Positions 10,588 through 18,971 of a stretch of 64,000 nt of DNA are shown one piece after another (position 1 is the first letter of the stretch; the number at the start of each line of letters is the position of its first letter). Position numbers and translations under genes: made by a program. This DNA comes from Candidatus Woykebacteria bacterium (lineage in GTDB: Bacteria > Patescibacteriota > Microgenomatia > Woykebacterales > RBG-16-39-9b). The notes under the pieces are model-generated. The model did no database searches. It worked only from the letters and a program-made list of their open reading frames with translations, and was not told the origin of the DNA. Location: positions 270,313-334,312 of the forward strand of contig JBBDPM010000001.1 of NCBI GenBank assembly GCA_040876345.1, given 5' to 3'.

Positions 10588-11340
10588 ATGCATACTTTCT
10601 CGACCGAGGGGATTATCTTAAAAAGGATTGATTTTGGTGAAGCAGATAGATTAGTTACTGTTTTTACAAAAAACAAAGGTAAAATTACAAGCTTAGCCAA
10701 AGGAATTCGCAGGATTGAGTCAAGGAGATCCGGTAATGTGGATCTTCTGAATAGAGTGAAACTTTTTTTTGCCCAGAGTAAGGGCTTGCCGATTCTAACT
10801 GAAGCTGAAGCTGTCGATACCTATAAAAACCTAAAAAAAGATTTAGGAAGGGTTGGGCAAGCTTATTATTTAATTGAGTTAACAGATCAATTTTTTCATG
10901 ATCAACAGGAAAATTTTAGAGTTTACGATTTGCTATCCGAGTCGTTGAGCTTGTTAGATAGGGGAGAAAGGGTTGAGAGTATAATTCGCGCGTTTGAGCT
11001 TAAGATTCTTTCTCTGGCTGGCTACAAGCCACAGCTTTTTAGTTGTCCCAAGTGTCGTGTAAGGATTTCTCAAACAGAAAATTTTCTCAGTCCCGAGGCA
11101 GGTGGAGTTTTGGATAAATCTTGTGCTAATGGGTCGGCTATTGTGAAGTCAATATCACCGCAGATAATTAAGCTAATGCGTTTTTCGAATGATAGGCCGT
11201 TGGAGGAGTCTTTAAGAGTGAGTGTGCCGGGCAGCTTGATGGGCGATTTTAAGGCTCATATGAGGTTTTATTTGGAGTATATTTTGGAGAAACAGCTTTC
11301 CTCGACTAATTTTGCGGAGAAAATAAATGGGTTGGGGTAG
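10588..11340 (+). CDS. recO: DNA repair protein RecO
   Basis: EGIILKRIDFGEADRLVTVFT..GKI...AKG, FELKILSLAGY, CxxC. Confidence 0.92.
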   Translation: MHTFSTEGIILKRIDFGEADRLVTVFTKNKGKITSLAKGIRRIESRRSGNVDLLNRVKLFFAQSKGLPILTEAEAVDTYKNLKKDLGRVGQAYYLIELTDQFFHDQQENFRVYDLLSESLSLLDRGERVESIIRAFELKILSLAGYKPQLFSCPKCRVRISQTENFLSPEAGGVLDKSCANGSAIVKSISPQIIKLMRFSNDRPLEESLRVSVPGSLMGDFKAHMRFYLEYILEKQLSSTNFAEKINGLG

Positions 11341-11377
11341 CAGCAGGCCGCTTGTGTTTATTGACGAGCCTGCTGCT
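11339..11377. terminator. Hairpin between convergent recO and csrA
   Basis: AGCAGCAGGC ... GCCTGCTGCT inverted repeat followed by T's on +. Confidence 0.55.
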
Positions 11378-11427
11378 TTCGACCCCACCTCCTTTCCAGC
11401 GCCCGCTTGCTTAAGACTGGGGCTTGT

Positions 11428-11598
11428 TTAGCCCAGCTGGACGGGTTTTTTACCACCAAGTTCCTCGCGGAGGATCTCTAGTTCCTCCGGGGCTTCGATG
11501 CCGAGCTTAACTCGACGTTTGCCGATCGAGAGTACCTTGATGAAGATGCGCCCGTCGATCCAGAACCCTTCTTGGAGTTTTCGATCCAGCACGATCAT
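11428..11598 (-). CDS. csrA: Carbon storage regulator CsrA/RsmA homolog (56 aa, absent from ORF track)
   Basis: Manual translation MIVLDRKLQEGFWIDGRIFIKVLSIGKRRVKLGIEAPEELEILREELGGKKPVQLG fits the CsrA pattern (V.LGI.AP....I.REE); GGAGG SD upstream. Confidence 0.88.
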   Translation of the reverse strand: MIVLDRKLQEGFWIDGRIFIKVLSIGKRRVKLGIEAPEELEILREELGGKKPVQLG

Positions 11599-11624
11599 GT
11601 TAGGCCTCCCTCTCCTCAGTTATT

Positions 11625-11643
11625 TACGGCTATCCTGGCCGTA
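11625..11643 (-). promoter_or_regulatory. Putative CsrA-binding hairpin in csrA leader
   Basis: UACGGC-CAGGAUA-GCCGUA: perfect 6-bp stem with AGGA in the loop. Confidence 0.6.
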
Positions 11644-11656
11644 TTCAGGGATGTGT

Positions 11657-11708
11657 ATTCTATACTAAACTAGCCTAGATTGCAAATGCACCAAACAAGC
11701 AGTATACT
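11657..11708. promoter_or_regulatory. Divergent sigma70-type promoters for csrA and glyS
   Basis: Palindromic TTGCAA (11680-85), 17 nt from TATACT (+, 11703-08) and 17 nt from TAGAAT (-, 11662-57). Confidence 0.6.
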
Positions 11709-11715
11709 TTTGCAT

Positions 11716-13026
11716 ATGAAAAATGAGGAATTGATGGAAAAAATCGTCTCTCTTGCCAAGAGGCGAGGCTTCGTTTTCCCTGGAAGTGAGGTTTATGGCG
11801 GGCTTGGTGGAATTTATGACCTTGGTCCTCTGGGAGTGGAACTAGCAAATAATATTAAGCGGTTTTGGTGGAAGACTGTTGTGCAGGATAGAGAAGATGT
11901 AGTTGGATTGGACAGCGCAATTTTGATGAATAGTGAGGTTTGGCGTACTTCCGGCCATGTAAAAAGCTTTAGTGATCCTTTGGTTGAGTGTAAAAATTGC
12001 CACAACCGCTTTCGCGAAGACACGTTGCCAGAATCTAAAAACTGCCCAAATTGTGAAAAGAACGCTTGGACTGACACGAGAATGTTTAATTTAATGTTTA
12101 AAACTCACATTGGTCCTGTTCAAGATGTAGGTTCCGAAACCTATCTTCGGCCAGAAACTGCTCAGGGGATTTTTGTAAATTTTGGAAATGTTATCGATAC
12201 CATGCGGGTAAAACTTCCATTTGGGATAGCTCAAATTGGTAAGGGTTTTAGGAACGAAATAACTACCGGTAATTTTCTTTTTAGAGTTCGTGAGTTTGAA
12301 ATGATGGAGCTTGAGTACTTTACTTATCCGGAAAAAGCAGAGAAAGATTTCGAATACTGGCAAGAGCAAAGAATGAAATGGCACGAGAGCCTAGGTGTAA
12401 CGAAAAAGAATTTGAGGTTTAGAGAACACGCCAATACAGAAAGAGCGCATTATGCCGCTCGTTCAGTCGACATCGAATACAACTGGCCATTCATGGGTTG
12501 GGGAGAGCTTGAGGGAATTGCTAATAGGACAGACTTTGACCTGAAAGCCCATTCAGAGGCTTCTGGCAAGGATTTATCTTACTTTGATGAAGAGACCAAG
12601 AAGAAAATAGTCCCATACGTTATCGAGCCGTCAGTTGGTGTAGGACGCTCAATGCTTGCGGTTTTGGTCGACTCGTATTTTGAAGATGGAGATCGAGTAG
12701 TGCTTAAATTAAAACCACACCTTGCTCCAGTGAAAGTGGCTGTTTTTCCACTTCTTGCCAACAAACCAGAACTCGTCAAGTTAGCTAAAAAAGTTTACTC
12801 AGAACTCAAAATTCATAACTTTGGCCTAGTCGTTTGGGATGATAGGGGAAATATCGGTAAGCGCTACTACGCTCAAGATGAAATTGGTACACCCTATTGT
12901 ATAACTGTTGATTTTCAATCGTTGGAAGATACTACTGTGACAATTCGCGATCGAGATACTACTAAACAGAAGAGGGTCAAAATTAAAGACTTGGAAAAAG
13001 AGTTGAAAGAAAAGTTCCCTTTCTAG
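11716..13026 (+). CDS. glyS: Glycine--tRNA ligase (alpha2 type)
   Basis: LAKRRGF, YLRPETAQGIF, FRNEIT, FRVREFEMME, IEPSVG, QDEIGTP. Confidence 0.95.
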   Translation: MKNEELMEKIVSLAKRRGFVFPGSEVYGGLGGIYDLGPLGVELANNIKRFWWKTVVQDREDVVGLDSAILMNSEVWRTSGHVKSFSDPLVECKNCHNRFREDTLPESKNCPNCEKNAWTDTRMFNLMFKTHIGPVQDVGSETYLRPETAQGIFVNFGNVIDTMRVKLPFGIAQIGKGFRNEITTGNFLFRVREFEMMELEYFTYPEKAEKDFEYWQEQRMKWHESLGVTKKNLRFREHANTERAHYAARSVDIEYNWPFMGWGELEGIANRTDFDLKAHSEASGKDLSYFDEETKKKIVPYVIEPSVGVGRSMLAVLVDSYFEDGDRVVLKLKPHLAPVKVAVFPLLANKPELVKLAKKVYSELKIHNFGLVVWDDRGNIGKRYYAQDEIGTPYCITVDFQSLEDTTVTIRDRDTTKQKRVKIKDLEKELKEKFPF

Positions 13027-13781
13027 GGAAGATCGCGGGGTTGTGAGCCATCGTAGCTGACTTCGTCTTCTTCGAGGCGGCGCACTGGTTTTTCCCTGGT
13101 TTTTTCCTCATGAACGTGAGCCACTAGACCTGCGATTCTACTGATTATGAAAAAACCGTTGCCCAGCTCTGGCGCAAAGCCAAGTTCACTCATTACCGCT
13201 GCAGTTATCCCATCGATATTTAAGCAGAGCTTCTTGCCAACTGCTTTTTCCAGCTCTTTTTCGATTTCCAAGGCAATTTCTATATGTGGGCCTTTGAAAT
13301 CTTGTTCCCCAGCTACTTTCAAGATTGCTTGGGTTCTTGGATCTGTTTCGTAAATTTTGTGCCCATAACCTGGTATGCGCTCACTTTTAAAACGTGCTTT
13401 CTCGACTATATCAGAGGATTTTGAGCTTTTTTTCACTGCGTCTTGAAGAATTTTCGCGCAAGACTCAATTGCACCACCGTGGCTTTCTCCAATCGCTGCT
13501 ACACCATTTGCCACGGCAGTTGATAGAGGAACACCACATGAAGCTGTGATTCGCGCAACCGTAGTTGAAGGGGCCTCTACTCCATGGTCGATAGAAGCTA
13601 CCAAAATAGCATTCAACATCAACTCTTCTTTTTCATTTGGAAGTTCTCCCTTGAGAACAAGAAAAATCGCCTGCGTGAAGCTTACTTTTTTGAGCATTTC
13701 GGTCAATTTGTACCCCCGAATGTGAGGTACTCCGTTAAAGTGCCCAGTTATTCCGCTTTTCCACTTCTTTTCTTCAGCCAT
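13023..13781 (-). CDS. Citryl-CoA lyase (citrate synthase-like fold)
   Basis: DHGVEAPS, HGGAIE, IPGYGHK, DPR, LNIDG; 252 aa stand-alone. Confidence 0.8.
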   Translation of the reverse strand: MAEEKKWKSGITGHFNGVPHIRGYKLTEMLKKVSFTQAIFLVLKGELPNEKEELMLNAILVASIDHGVEAPSTTVARITASCGVPLSTAVANGVAAIGESHGGAIESCAKILQDAVKKSSKSSDIVEKARFKSERIPGYGHKIYETDPRTQAILKVAGEQDFKGPHIEIALEIEKELEKAVGKKLCLNIDGITAAVMSELGFAPELGNGFFIISRIAGLVAHVHEEKTREKPVRRLEEDEVSYDGSQPRDLP

Positions 13782-13789
13782 AGGATTTA

Positions 13790-14686
13790 CTATTTTAACA
13801 TCTTTTTAAGTAATTTTGGTAAGTCGTCGGGTATTTCGGCAATAGCGACTCCGGCGCTTTCAAGCGCTTTTAATTTGTCGACTCTGTGGCCCATACCAGC
13901 TTCAATTATAGCACCTGCGTGTCCAAGAGCTTGGCCGTGGGGGAGCATTTCAGCAAAAAGTCCGGAGATAAAAGCGGCAACCGGTTTGGTAAATTTCTTG
14001 GATTTAATGAATTCGGCTGCTTCTTCTTCGTAAGTTCCCCCATGCTCGCCAAAAAGCACAACCCCCTTGGTTTCTGGATCTTTCTCAAAAAGTTCAAGTA
14101 AATCGACAAAAGTAGATCCAACAATCATATCTCCGCCTATTCCGGTGACTGTCGATTGCCCAAACCCTTCTTTTTTTAAAATATATGAAACTTCACTTGC
14201 CATCCCACCACTTTTGGAAATTACTCCAACATTACCTGGGGTAAAAGAAAAATTAGGATCGTCTCCACCAATACTTCCAAGTTTCACTTTTCCCGGTGAA
14301 ATAATACCAATGGAAGAAGGACCAACGACCCGAACACCTTTTTCCTTTGCGTAGGCAACTGCATATGCAGTATCTGATATTGGCATATGTTCAGTGAGGA
14401 CGTTAACCAAGGAGATTTTGTGAGCGGCTGCTTCCAATACGGCATCTTTGGCACCCATTTTTGGTACAGCGATGAAGGAGGTGTTTATCTTGGGAAATTT
14501 ATTCAAGGCTTCTTCCACAGTGTCAAAAACAGGGACAGTTTCAACTTTCTGACCGCCTTTTCCGGGAGTTACTCCAGCAAGCACGGCTGTGCTATAAGCA
14601 ACCATCTGCTTGATTGCTCGTTGGCCCTCTTTCCCAGTTGCCCCTTGAACTAAGACTTTTGTGTTTTTATCGATCAAAATAGACAT
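13790..14686 (-). CDS. Citryl-CoA synthetase/succinyl-CoA synthetase alpha-like subunit
   Basis: QGATGKEG, GVTPGKGG, SKSGG, GIGGD, LGHAGA phospho-His motif. Confidence 0.85.
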   Translation of the reverse strand: MSILIDKNTKVLVQGATGKEGQRAIKQMVAYSTAVLAGVTPGKGGQKVETVPVFDTVEEALNKFPKINTSFIAVPKMGAKDAVLEAAAHKISLVNVLTEHMPISDTAYAVAYAKEKGVRVVGPSSIGIISPGKVKLGSIGGDDPNFSFTPGNVGVISKSGGMASEVSYILKKEGFGQSTVTGIGGDMIVGSTFVDLLELFEKDPETKGVVLFGEHGGTYEEEAAEFIKSKKFTKPVAAFISGLFAEMLPHGQALGHAGAIIEAGMGHRVDKLKALESAGVAIAEIPDDLPKLLKKMLK

Positions 14687-14688
14687 AT

Positions 14689-15132
14689 CTAAACTAAATT
14701 TACAACTTCAGATACTTTATTGATTTTATGATTTGGTTTTTCATCTGATTTTTCCGGCAGCTCTTTTAGTCTAGGGCCAAATAAAAATTGACAAGTCTCC
14801 ATACCTTTTTGGTTACCAATCTTTATCTCACTTCTTACCCTATCTCCCACAACCAAAAATTCTTGTGGTTCAAATCCAAATTTTTCTATTATTGGGTCAA
14901 ACTCCTTCGTTCCTTCAAGCGGCATCACTTCTATGTAGTCAAAATATGTGTTTAAACCAAGATTACTTATTTGTTCTAGTCTTTTTTGCACGTCTTTTGT
15001 GCGACTTACCAAAGCTAATTTCAAACCCTTTTCATGTACTTCTTCTAAGGCTTCAATCGCCCCGTCTACAAGTTTTTCGTTTTCCGGATCATAAATTGTG
15101 TAGCCAAAATCGAAGATAATAGCTTTTATCAT
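14689..15132 (-). CDS. HAD-family hydrolase
   Basis: IIFDFGYT motif I, VVGDR motif IV. Confidence 0.8.
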   Translation of the reverse strand: MIKAIIFDFGYTIYDPENEKLVDGAIEALEEVHEKGLKLALVSRTKDVQKRLEQISNLGLNTYFDYIEVMPLEGTKEFDPIIEKFGFEPQEFLVVGDRVRSEIKIGNQKGMETCQFLFGPRLKELPEKSDEKPNHKINKVSEVVNLV

Positions 15133-16343
15133 CTGCCCTCTTTACGTTTGTGTTCATTAACTAGATCAACCAAAACTTTGGCTGTGCTGGTCATTGGTGT
15201 TTCTGGGCCAAAGATGTGAAAGTTAAATCCTTCTTTCTTACCTACCTCTTTGAGCATCTCAAATGCTTCTTCGAAGCGCGGACCACCGCGGCGGATTACG
15301 ATTGGGTAAGAGGGTTTTGGTTTGATTGACCGCAAAGCATCAACAAAGCCAGCCAAAGTTTCGTAAATATCGGTAAAATTAGCGGTTGCCCCAACAAACC
15401 AAGCACCATTTAAGCCTTTTTTAGAAAGAATTAGTTTAGAAAGTTTTTCAAGTTTTTCTCTTGGAGGGTTTCCAGAATGTTCAGTGTAATTTGCTGGCTT
15501 TCCGCCAAGAGCAATCAAAGCGTCCATATTCACTAATGATCCACCACCACCGGCTGCAATTACTGCTATATCACCATCAAGCTCAATATAAGTAGAACCA
15601 GCACTTCCCCGGTGATCATTAGCGTCAATTTCTTTTGCCGCAAGTTCTGCTTCTGTTGGTTTGCGACCAAGTACATCTCGCGGTGGAAAATCAAGGTCAG
15701 TGTGGCGGAAATCGGCTTCATCATCCAAGATGACTTTAGCATCAGCAGCGTAAAATTCTTCATCTTCAGTTTCAATCAAAGGGTTTATCTCAACAAGCCT
15801 AGCATCATACTTGTTAAAGACCTCCCACATACTGAGCAAGATCTTAGTTAAAGAGAGGAAATGAATTCCTGAAAAACCTGCCTCAGAAAGTATCTCTCGT
15901 GCTTGCCAAGGTTGCAAACCCTCAGTTGGATTAACAGCAATTTTTTGGATAGATTCTTTATCCCTGGCTAATTCTTCGATTTCTACACCACCTTTTTTTG
16001 AAACTAAGGCAACGGGGGATTGGGCCGAAGTGTCAAAAGTAATACTTAAGTAGTATTCAGCCGTTTTATCAATTAGATATGGTTCGATTAGAACTTTTTC
16101 TATTTTTTCAGCACCTGTTTCCTTACCAATTAATTCTCTAACTGCGCTTTTAACCTCATCAAGACTTTTGCAAGGTTTAATTAGGCCGGATTTACCCCGA
16201 CTGCCAGATAAAACTTGAGCCTTTACTATTACTGGAAGGTCAAGGTCTTTAATGTCTTCTACAGAAGAAAAAACTTGGCCGTTAGGTACCGGAATTTGGG
16301 AGTTTTTGAAAAGTTTTTTGCCTTCAAATTCATAGAGCCTCAT
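15129..16343 (-). CDS. ATP-citrate lyase beta/citryl-CoA synthetase large subunit (ATP-grasp plus citrate-binding domain)
   Basis: RLYEFEGK, VKAQV..GSRGKSG, EINPL; ACL-type AGGGGS, ANYTEHSGNP, ANFTDI, RRGGP. Confidence 0.82.
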   Translation of the reverse strand: MRLYEFEGKKLFKNSQIPVPNGQVFSSVEDIKDLDLPVIVKAQVLSGSRGKSGLIKPCKSLDEVKSAVRELIGKETGAEKIEKVLIEPYLIDKTAEYYLSITFDTSAQSPVALVSKKGGVEIEELARDKESIQKIAVNPTEGLQPWQAREILSEAGFSGIHFLSLTKILLSMWEVFNKYDARLVEINPLIETEDEEFYAADAKVILDDEADFRHTDLDFPPRDVLGRKPTEAELAAKEIDANDHRGSAGSTYIELDGDIAVIAAGGGGSLVNMDALIALGGKPANYTEHSGNPPREKLEKLSKLILSKKGLNGAWFVGATANFTDIYETLAGFVDALRSIKPKPSYPIVIRRGGPRFEEAFEMLKEVGKKEGFNFHIFGPETPMTSTAKVLVDLVNEHKRKEGR

Positions 16344-16348
16344 AAAAG

Positions 16349-17014
16349 TTAATTTTTATCTACAATTTCTAGTTGGGGCTTATATTTAACGATTTTGTTG
16401 GCAGGTATATTACCGCGTATTGCGGCAAGTGGGTAAACAAGAGTATTCTTTCCGACAAAGGTGCCTGGATCTGTCACCACATTGCATCCAAGTTTAACAC
16501 CATCTCCGACAATTGCTCCGAATTTTTCCAATCCAGTTCCAACTTTCTTACCTTCGACTTCAACTTTTATCTCTAGGTCGGCGGCGCCATTTTTGTAATT
16601 AGCAAGAACAGCTCCGGCGGCTAAATTAACATCGCTTCCGACGACTGAGTCGCCTGCGTAGTTAAAATGAGATAGATTTGTGCTGTTGCCGACTATTGAG
16701 TGCTTAACCTCGGACCCATGTAAAACCCTGGAGTTTACGCCAATAATTGCCCCGTCTCTTATGAGAACGCCTTGACCAACTTTTGTTCCGTTTCCGATTA
16801 ATGCTGGGCCGATAATCTTTGCACTTGAGTCAATCTTGACATTTTCATCAGCGTAAACACCTTCGGAGATTTCTTTAAATCCCTCTAATCTTTGGCCATT
16901 TTCTTCGACAAATTTTTCGATTTGAGAAAGTGCATCCCAAGGGTGTTCTAGATTTTCGAAAAGACCTTTGAAATAAAGTTTGTCAGTATCAATAAACTCA
17001 GTCAAATTGACCAT
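16349..17014 (-). CDS. Hexapeptide-repeat acetyltransferase (GlmU C-terminal-like)
   Basis: EVKHS, SHFNYAGDSVVG, KFGAIVGD; left-handed beta-helix repeats. Confidence 0.78.
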   Translation of the reverse strand: MVNLTEFIDTDKLYFKGLFENLEHPWDALSQIEKFVEENGQRLEGFKEISEGVYADENVKIDSSAKIIGPALIGNGTKVGQGVLIRDGAIIGVNSRVLHGSEVKHSIVGNSTNLSHFNYAGDSVVGSDVNLAAGAVLANYKNGAADLEIKVEVEGKKVGTGLEKFGAIVGDGVKLGCNVVTDPGTFVGKNTLVYPLAAIRGNIPANKIVKYKPQLEIVDKN

Positions 17015-17105
17015 AAGAAGCTAGATTATACCTGAAATTGCCCAAACTTAGCAAGTTTAAGACCTGTAGGATCATTTATCAGGGTTCAAAGTGGTTATTT
17101 AAAGC

Positions 17106-17175
17106 TTGACAAAGCCCATCTAAAGCTATACTATATAAATAGTGGTAAAAAAGGGTAAAAAGTGGAGCTAAGTGT
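17106..17175 (+). promoter_or_regulatory. dcw promoter with MraZ-binding repeats
   Basis: TTGACA-N17-TACTAT, then AGTGG/AAGGG/AGTGG/AGTGT at 10-nt spacing (17141, 17151, 17161, 17171). Confidence 0.75.
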
Positions 17176-17308
17176 AACATCACTAGGCTCAAACCTTCCA
17201 CAACCGCGTTAAGCGCGATGCATAGCCTGCCTTTCTGGACAGCAGGTTCCTCTTCAACTCACAAAATTATAGTGGGTTTCCTGCCCTAGGAACCGTAAAT
17301 TCAAAGTA

Positions 17309-17740
17309 ATGTTCCTAGGCGAATACAAACACTCTATTGATTACAAAGGAAGGGTTTCAGTACCTAAAAAATTTAGAGCAGAGCTTGGCAAAGGATCTGT
17401 TTTAACAAAAGGTCTTGACCGCTGTCTCTTTCTATACACAAAACAGGCTTGGGAGTCTCTGAGTCAGAGTATACGGTCCATGCCTGTTACAGCTTCTGAT
17501 GCAAGAGCTTTTAGCCGCTATTTATTTTCTGGGGCGATTGAGATTGAATTTGATCAACTTGGAAGAATTTTTATTCCCGAGTATTTACGCTCCTACTCAT
17601 CTATAAAAAAAGAAGTGGTAATTGTTGGAGTACTAGAAAGAGTTGAAATTTGGGATAAAAAGACTTGGGGTAGGGTTAGCAAAGGCATCGAGAATAAGGG
17701 TGAGGAGATAGCCGAAAAGCTGACAGGAGCCCCTTTATGA
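17309..17740 (+). CDS. mraZ: Transcriptional regulator MraZ
   Basis: MFLGEYKHSIDYKGRVSVP, DQLGRIFIP, RVEIWD. Confidence 0.96.
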   Translation: MFLGEYKHSIDYKGRVSVPKKFRAELGKGSVLTKGLDRCLFLYTKQAWESLSQSIRSMPVTASDARAFSRYLFSGAIEIEFDQLGRIFIPEYLRSYSSIKKEVVIVGVLERVEIWDKKTWGRVSKGIENKGEEIAEKLTGAPL

Positions 17741-18594
17741 GTACTTTTCACAAAAGTGTACTTTACCAAGAAGTTTTGGAAGGATTAAACGTAAGGCCAG
17801 GGGAAGCCTATATCGATGCGACCTTAGGTGGTGGTGGGCATAGCCAAGGAATTTTAGAGCGTGGGGGAAGAGTGCTTGGAATTGATCAAGACCCGCAGGC
17901 CCTAGAGTTTGTCAAAAAGCACATTAAATCTGAGGATCTAATTTTAGAGGAAGGAAATTTTGCTGATATAGACAAAATTGCAGCTGATCGTGGGTTGCTG
18001 GAAATATCAGGGATTGTTTTTGACCTTGGAGTTTCAAGCTACCAATTAAACCAGGTATCTCGAGGATTTAGTTTTAGAAACAGCGCTGCGCTAGACATGC
18101 GGATGAGTCCAAAACTTGCAGTTACAGCAGCGGACTTAGTTAACGGACTCACCGATAAGGAGCTTTATGAACTATTTTATAGGTTTGGTGAGGAACGCAA
18201 TGCACGACGTATTGCTCGTGCTATCGTTCGATCCAGATCGAAGGATCCGATAAAAAAAACCGATCAGTTGGCGGCCTTAATTGAAGCAACAGTTGGTCGG
18301 GGTCAAAAGATTCACCCGGCCACACGGGTATTTTTGGCTTTAAGAGCTGCCGTAAACAGCGAACTTAGAAATTTAAGAGAAGCGTTGCCAAAATCAGAAA
18401 ATCTTTTGAAGACAAACGGAAGACTGATAGTCATTAGTTTTCATTCTCTTGAGGACCGGTTAGTAAAGAATTTTATTAAGGAGAGTAAAAATTTGGTTGA
18501 AGTCAATAAAAAGCCGGTAGTGCCTTCTGAAGAAGAGATTATGGAAAACCCAAGAGCAAGAAGCGCAAAGATGCGGGTTGCCGAAAAAGTTTAA
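17737..18594 (+). CDS. rsmH: 16S rRNA m4C1402 methyltransferase
   Basis: DATLGGGGHS, DLGVSS, LDMRM, ISFHSLEDR, NPRARSAK. Confidence 0.96.
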   Translation: MSTFHKSVLYQEVLEGLNVRPGEAYIDATLGGGGHSQGILERGGRVLGIDQDPQALEFVKKHIKSEDLILEEGNFADIDKIAADRGLLEISGIVFDLGVSSYQLNQVSRGFSFRNSAALDMRMSPKLAVTAADLVNGLTDKELYELFYRFGEERNARRIARAIVRSRSKDPIKKTDQLAALIEATVGRGQKIHPATRVFLALRAAVNSELRNLREALPKSENLLKTNGRLIVISFHSLEDRLVKNFIKESKNLVEVNKKPVVPSEEEIMENPRARSAKMRVAEKV

Positions 18595-18629
18595 AATTCA
18601 AAAATCGTAAGTTAAGGATATTCCTGCCC

Positions 18630-18971
18630 ATGAAGATCCTATCAAAGGAAAAAATTAGTGAACAAAAAAATAAGATCCTTAGGTTTTTACCCTATCCAAA
18701 AGCTATTCTTTTTTTAATAGCGTTTCTATTTTTATTAGTAGGCATAAAACTGTATTTTACCAATCTTCTTGCTACTTCTGGGGTAAGAATTACTGCCACA
18801 TCTCAAAAAATAGAAAAGCTTGAAAAAGAAAAAGCGGATTTGGAAAACAAAATCAGTGATCTTGGTTCTATTTACAAATTACAGAAAGAGGCAAAGAAGA
18901 TAGGTTTGAAGGGAAGTGATAGGGTAGAGGTTTTAACAGTGCCTAACAAGCCATTGGCTCAGAAGCCATGA
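18630..18971 (+). CDS. ftsL: FtsL-like cell division protein
   Basis: Single TM plus coiled coil, located between rsmH and the PBP gene. Confidence 0.6.
   Translation: MKILSKEKISEQKNKILRFLPYPKAILFLIAFLFLLVGIKLYFTNLLATSGVRITATSQKIEKLEKEKADLENKISDLGSIYKLQKEAKKIGLKGSDRVEVLTVPNKPLAQKP

Noticed and set aside
13023-16343. Ordinary sucCD plus citrate synthase
   Set aside because: The large subunit has ACL citrate-site motifs, and the 252-aa protein is too short for citrate synthase
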